Part shown: piece by piece, positions 58,248-64,000 of the stretch
How the letters are laid out: the number at the start of each line of letters is the position of its first letter
Numbering within the stretch: position 1 is the first letter of the stretch
Source of the DNA: Mayamaea pseudoterrestris
Lineage: Eukaryota
Direction of reading: 5' to 3'
DNA: 64,000 nt
Assembly: GCA_027923505.1 (NCBI GenBank)
Contig: BROI01000009.1
Coordinates: forward strand, 682,001-746,000
Program-made: the position numbers and the translations under genes
The notes under the pieces: generated by a model
What the model saw: only the letters and a program-made list of their open reading frames with translations
Databases searched by the model: none
What the model was told of the DNA's origin: nothing

Positions 58248-59057
58248 TTCAAACTTGTTGCTAGCTTGTTGCCTCTACTTTTTAAAGGCAAAGCACTTGG
58301 CACTTGGCGGATGTTAACAGCAGTCTGATCTCTACAAATGTGTTGCTGAAAGGATCGAGTTGTTCGATTGACGTTCGAGCAAACGAACTACGAAGGATAC
58401 GCACGACTGCGCATGCATCAGGCAATTCCAGTGACAAGTCATTGGTCACATTGATATTCACAAAGCTAATGGAGGCTATTGAATAGGTCTTGGAATGGGT
58501 CATTGTTGAGTAAAGTGGCTATAGGTCGCGCATCTGACGCATCTGTGAACCGACTTTTCAAAGCGGTGTTCAAGTAAAATGTCAACCAGTAAAGCGATAA
58601 TTGGCCTCGTGACATACGTATGAAGGCCCTACCGAAGAGGCCTCGGTAAATTTAGCTACTGGCATGCTGCATGCCAAAAGTTCATGAAGTACTGTAGCAA
58701 GAAATCCAATGCATGGGTTACTATAGCGCATTAACTTAGGTTAGAGCTCAAGTACAAATTGAAAGATGATAAGGATGCTGTGCGGAGGGGCGACGGTTGT
58801 GACGTGATCTATAACATTGGAATGTCAATGTGCAGCCGCCAGTACAAGTCACTCCACAACATTGGATTAACTTGGGGAGTGTAGTAAGGTTTTATGTCAA
58901 CACAAACATTGCAAAGCAGATAGTAGACGAGGCCCGTAGAGGCGCAGAACCACCGGTCATTTATGAGTCATTGGAGTAGGCTGCACGAACGCCAAGAAGT
59001 ACGGCATGTCGCACCAAGTTACACCCATTAATGTCGTGAAGCATGTCCGGATATATC

Positions 59058-62000
59058 CTACCACAAATACTTCGCCTTCATCTGCTCCACCATCTCAGAA
59101 ATGATTCCTTGCCCTTTTATCTCCCATTCTCGACGGTTATGCAGCGCGTAATTTAGATATTCATCGCTGGACACACCGAACACACCACAGTCTTTCAATT
59201 TTTTGGCAAGAGGAATGATGTAGAAGTCAAAAAAGCCAATTTCGCCTTGATACCATCCGTGTGTGGGATCCGTCTGCGAGCGCCCATCCTTCCATGCTTT
59301 GAACTGCTCCTCAAACAGTCTCGCATTCCACTTTCGGTAGATGTGCCAATGCTGCATTGTGTGAGCAACGTCGGATGCCTGAATTAAATGCTCAATCACA
59401 ATCGTAGCCTTGCGGTCGTTCCTCTCACTGACGCTCAGACCGTTCTGGCCATCGAACGCAAAATTCCACCTCTCCTTCCGCTTGGCCGAAAGATCCTTGT
59501 CCATAATGTCGGTGCTCAACACCACATTCACCAAGAGTTGTCTAAAACGTTTGAACTCTTCGGTAGTGGTGTATATGACGCGTCGAAGGTCTTTAAAACA
59601 ATCCTGCATGAGAACCTCCCAAGCAATATCCAAGGAATTCTGCTCGGCAATGCTCTTTTGGTTGTAGTAGGATGCAATGCTGGTTTGCTCAACAATAAGC
59701 TGCGAATTCGGAATGCCTGTATGGTCGACATCATGAATTAATGCAGCCATGACAACTCCAAGCTGCGTAAGTGGGTCTGAAGTTATGCCAAAAGTGTGGT
59801 CATGCAAATTTTTGTGAGCAGCATCTTGGCTCTCTGACTCAATCTCAGGAGCAATGATCCGAGATAGAAGCTTGACGACACTCATTGTCACGTGGGATGC
59901 ATGCTCAAAGTTGTGGAAGGGATTGCTCCGATAGAGCGCTGCCATCGTTTGAATAAACTCGGTCAGCTGTTGGTGAACAGTATCGTCCAATTCAATGTCG
60001 GTTGCACTCTTCTGTCGCTTCGCTGCGGCGGCGTCAAATTTTGGCAATTGGAGTGTATCCTGGACTTCATCAATTGCAATCGTGTCGCAGTCAAGTTTCT
60101 CCATCTCCAAGGCTTGCATTCGCTCAACACTCTCTGCCTTTATTCCTAAAGCTTGTCGTCGAGCGACTTGCTCGCGCAGGATGCGATAAAGAATTTCAAT
60201 ATTCCAACTGACAAGGCGCATGTTTCTCTCGGACAGAGGATTTATCTTTTGACCGACGTTTTCCTTCATTGCCTCATTAAGCTTGGTCAAGTTTGGAATG
60301 ACCTGGACGTCCCGCTCATCCTCATCGTCGTCCGCGTTAGAATGAGTGTCATCGCTGCCGCTGGCACCTGATGTCTGAGATTTGGCGTTGCTACCCTTGA
60401 TATCAAGCCAAAAGGTTTGAACTTCGCTTGCACTGTTAATCACTATTTTGTCTTCGCGCAGGCGCGCCCAGTGGCCCTTTCCTGCACCTTGAAGAACCTC
60501 TGCCGTCTCAGGCGAGAGATGAATGCGATTCTTAACGCCGGTCGTTTCAATACGTGCCGTTCCATTTACAGTATCCCCAAAAAGCTGCATCGACAAAAAC
60601 CATAGATTAGCAAAGATTACAATCCCTGTCGTCGGTACTCAAATTAGTTTCGTGTACCTTACCTGAAAGCGAGCACGCTCACCTCGAAGTACTCCGGCTG
60701 TCACTGGACCACTGTGCAATCCAATTCTGAGACCAAGCTCCGCTGTATCAGGTCCTAAAGAAAGCTCTAATGACTTGGTAACTGTATCGATCTTATAAAG
60801 GCAATCGCGAGCGAAGCGGCACTGTAAAGAACACAACCATTGTGAGCGCAAGTCGTCCCTTAAGGAATAACAAGACGACAGTTTACATACCATGACTGTT
60901 GCATGATCCTTTCGGGGTTCCGGAAGGCCACAGACGGCAACGTAACAATCGCCAATTGTTTCAACTTTAAATACGCGGCGACGCTTTGCGATCTGATCAA
61001 ACTCATTGTATAACGTTTCTAATAAAATGAACACTTGCGCGGGCTCTCGCATGCTGCTCCAAGCGGTAAATCCTGTGAAAGAAATGAGACGACGTACGTT
61101 AGTTTCAATAACTGCCACGGGTTGACGCAAGTCGGGGAAACCAACATGATAATTGGACCACGGTCGAAACTTACCAACCAAATCTGCAAACATTACGGTT
61201 ACCGCAGGGAAAAGGTCAGCAATGGGCTTGGTCTTGAAGATGGCGTCACCTGACATATCCTGGCCAGCATCTTCCGCCAAGAATTCTCTCAACTGTGACT
61301 TGGGAGCAAAGCCGAACGTTCTCTTAGCTGCTTCCTCCTTATGAGCCTGGGCTTCAGCTTCGGCCATGATGCGATCATGAACTTCCTTGGGAAACAAACT
61401 GGAAACGATCGCCTTGGTCCGAGCAGCGGTGAAGACAAGCTTGGCTTGGCGGCGGTATACCATGTAATCATAAGCCGCAAATAGCAGTAGAGTAAACACA
61501 AATACCATCACGACGAGTATACAGTAGACCGCCGGCTTGTTAGTGTAATAGCTTTGCGCAAACTCGGCTGTCGGATAGAATGCAATAGTGTAGTCGCACG
61601 CTCCGAGATCGGTCATTTTGTTAGGTCCATCGTACCGAGCGTCTTCGGCAAAGTCGTAATCAAGTTTCATGCCTTCATACTTCTCCTCGTGGTAGTGACC
61701 AGTGCCAAGGTACGTCGTCTCGTTTCCGTTCATGAGGTAGGAAAAGCGATCGCCGCAAGAACCTTCCACTTCAACCAACACTCCATTGACGCCTGGAGGC
61801 AAGATGTTGACGAAAAAAGAATGCCATTCGATTTTGGCGATGATAAAAGCCACCGTTTTTGCGTCCGGGTGAAAATCCTCATAGATTGGATGAAGCACTG
61901 ATACCATGCGAGTAGACAGTGAGTGAGCGGAAGTGGCAGCAGCAAATGAGTCGGAAGCATGCAGGTACCACAATGCATCGACTTACAAAATGATTCTGGC

Positions 62001-63142
62001 TCCGTATATATCAATTCTCCATGCGTCATGAAGTAGGTAACGATAGGAAGCGCCCATACTCTCGAAAAGAGCATACGATTGATCTCCAGCGCTTGGTCCA
62101 CGACGGGTTTAAAGGCAGGTTTTGTGTAAAGATCAAAGTTGCAGACGGATGCGTTTCGCGGAACAGGACCGGCTTCCCAGATTGGCAAATAAAACGGCTC
62201 GTCAATCACAGGGGAAGGCGGTCCAAGATCCTCCGACAAGGAAAGATCCTGATTAATGCTGTCCCATTCCGCCGATTTGACAGTCTTTTCCCAGAGTGGA
62301 TCTTGATCGAGAATTTTGATCGCATCGTGGAATCCGTATATGTTGCGCGAAATATTACCCGGATTCTGTTCGTAGCCTGACTCACCCTCGTGAAAGAGCC
62401 AGTCAGTGTAAACCCATTCTTGATTTTCATACGCGTATTGCTCCCAGCCCTTTCGTTGACTTTCCTTGACAATCGGCGCGTAGTAAATGAGACCTGATCC
62501 GGAAAGTTTTCGGGCCTCATCCGCGCGTCGATCGAACCTTGAAATGGTCACGTTGGGAAAGGCGCCGTTGGCGAGCGAATGCGATGTGAGCGTGACACTG
62601 AGCAGTTTGATTTGACCAAAAATATTCTTGGTGGTCGCGTCAATAGTTTGATGCGCAGCGTCGGCGTATTCGGCAAACTAAAGGATTAAGTGTAGCATGC
62701 GAGTGAGAAAGGAGCGAGATGATGTTGCCGATGACATCTGGTGCCATCATTTTACCCCGAGAAAGCTCCTCCAAGGCTCACGTACCTCAAGAGTGAAGCT
62801 GTCGTCCTCGGATCTTTTCGTAAAAAAGTAAGTCAAAGTGCCAACCGTCGTGGCCGCAAAGATAAGCGAAAGATAAACCAGGAACTTGGTTCGATTCACA
62901 TTCTTGGTATCTTGCTTGGTCACTGCACATATCTCTGTCGCTCGTTCTTCGCCACCAGTTCTGGATCCAAAGTCCGTCGTGGAGGGGTTGCTTGAAGAAT
63001 GTCCGGCCGAGCTCGAGTTTTCGTTGCTCGATTTGCCGTCCTCTATGTCTTCATAGATGGAATCGTCAACCATATGGCTTTTGAGAACCTCATCTTGAAG
63101 AGCCCTGGCTGCGTCCGACTTTTTGGGTGCGAGGATGTTCAT
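59058..63142 (-). CDS. Membrane sensor / class III nucleotide cyclase / class I phosphodiesterase fusion, copy 2 (about 6 exons)
   Basis: Tandem paralogue with the same architecture and motifs (LFGDTVN, HDVDHTGIPN, QASDVAH). Confidence 0.92.
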
Positions 63143-63438
63143 GGTCTCCTGTCGTTGCCGCTCCTGCTGTTGACGACAAACTGATGGGACGGGGGCCGCG
63201 GAACAATTGATTGTCGCTTGCTTCCACCACAGGGATATGTAGACATAACGCAACTCCAACCTGCGAATGTGCGGCGTTATTTCGCAGTCATCCGGAGTTA
63301 TAGAATGGGTCGTGTCAATTGGGGCTATAATCTTCAAAATGACCGGCATTGGCGCGCAACTGAAAAGGTCGGCGATATGTCGCAGCGAAACTCAATGCCG
63401 ACAGCCCGATTTCCGCCATCCACAAATCTCCAAGCACC

Positions 63439-64000
63439 ATGGCACTGTCAATGTTTTCTTCGCAATTTTGCAGTTTGACGCGACAATTGCATCGAGTAGC
63501 GCTGTCTCAGTCTCCTCAATCGTTTAGGAGACCGATACCTATCGCAACACAGCTCACGACGCGACCGTTCGCCTCCAAGAAGAAGGGTCCACCAAAATCG
63601 AAAAGCAATAGCAAGCATCGAAATGCTCCTGCTACGGCATCTTCCAAGGCACCGGCTGAATCAGCGTCAGCGTCTCACCAAGAATGGGTAAAATTCCAAA
63701 ATGCCATTGCTGTTGAAGGTTTCGAAACCGGCCAAGTTGTGGATGCTTCCAACGCTGGCAAGAAGCCTCGAGGTGGCAAGGCGGCTCGTGGCAAGGATCG
63801 CATGCGCAAGGCTCTAGATGAAAAGCTTGCTGAGCGACAGCGTCTCACGGAATCTGGAGGTGGTCAGTTTCCACCCATGCGCTACGAAGACTCGGAAACG
63901 GAGCGACTGCTGGCGGAAGCGTACGCTGCCATTCCGGAGAGGGCGGGCAAGCGAGGAACGCGCAATTTGAAGCGACAAAGCAAACGTTGGTTCTTGGTGC
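63439..64000 (+). CDS. 5' part of a hypothetical, probably mitochondrial protein (runs off the window)
   Basis: Open frame from ACCATGG (MALSMFSSQFCSLTRQLHR..) to the window end without a stop; Arg/Ser-rich presequence. Confidence 0.6.
   Translation, partial: MALSMFSSQFCSLTRQLHRVALSQSPQSFRRPIPIATQLTTRPFASKKKGPPKSKSNSKHRNAPATASSKAPAESASASHQEWVKFQNAIAVEGFETGQVVDASNAGKKPRGGKAARGKDRMRKALDEKLAERQRLTESGGGQFPPMRYEDSETERLLAEAYAAIPERAGKRGTRNLKRQSKRWFLV

Noticed and set aside
58620..58680. Small inverted repeats (TGGCATGC-T-GCATGCCA) between the cyclase genes
   Set aside because: Too short to distinguish from chance, and no RNA family was recognised.

Overview
This is gene-dense eukaryotic nuclear DNA, most likely from a pennate diatom. 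The evidence is short GT-AG introns, bipartite signal-peptide/'ASAF'-type plastid presequences, a CoDi-like Copia element and cyclase-phosphodiesterase fusion genes; the species cannot be determined. About 32 protein genes are visible. They include NCBP2/CBP20, a two-box HMG protein, plastid FtsZ, a Prx5-type peroxiredoxin, frataxin, VPS25, an LHC-like single-helix protein, MIC60, hisC, two tandem sulfotransferase-like genes, a CRAL-TRIO protein, WDR33 with a KH domain, an HSF, an LRR receptor-like protein, a DEAD-box helicase, HGH1, an M17 aminopeptidase split by one in-frame TAG, and two tandem sensor-cyclase-PDE genes. Non-genic highlights: (i) a decayed Ty1/Copia element at 39041-43750, bounded by an ACAAA target-site duplication, with no tRNA primer-binding site, inserted about 50 bp upstream of WDR33; (ii) a 42-bp minisatellite carrying TGACG motifs, found twice about 16 kb apart, each time between divergently transcribed genes; (iii) a 50-bp palindrome-containing tandem repeat upstream of VPS25; (iv) a ~135-bp direct duplication. 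No rRNA, tRNA or CRISPR array was recognised. All family calls and splice sites were read by eye and not verified by search.
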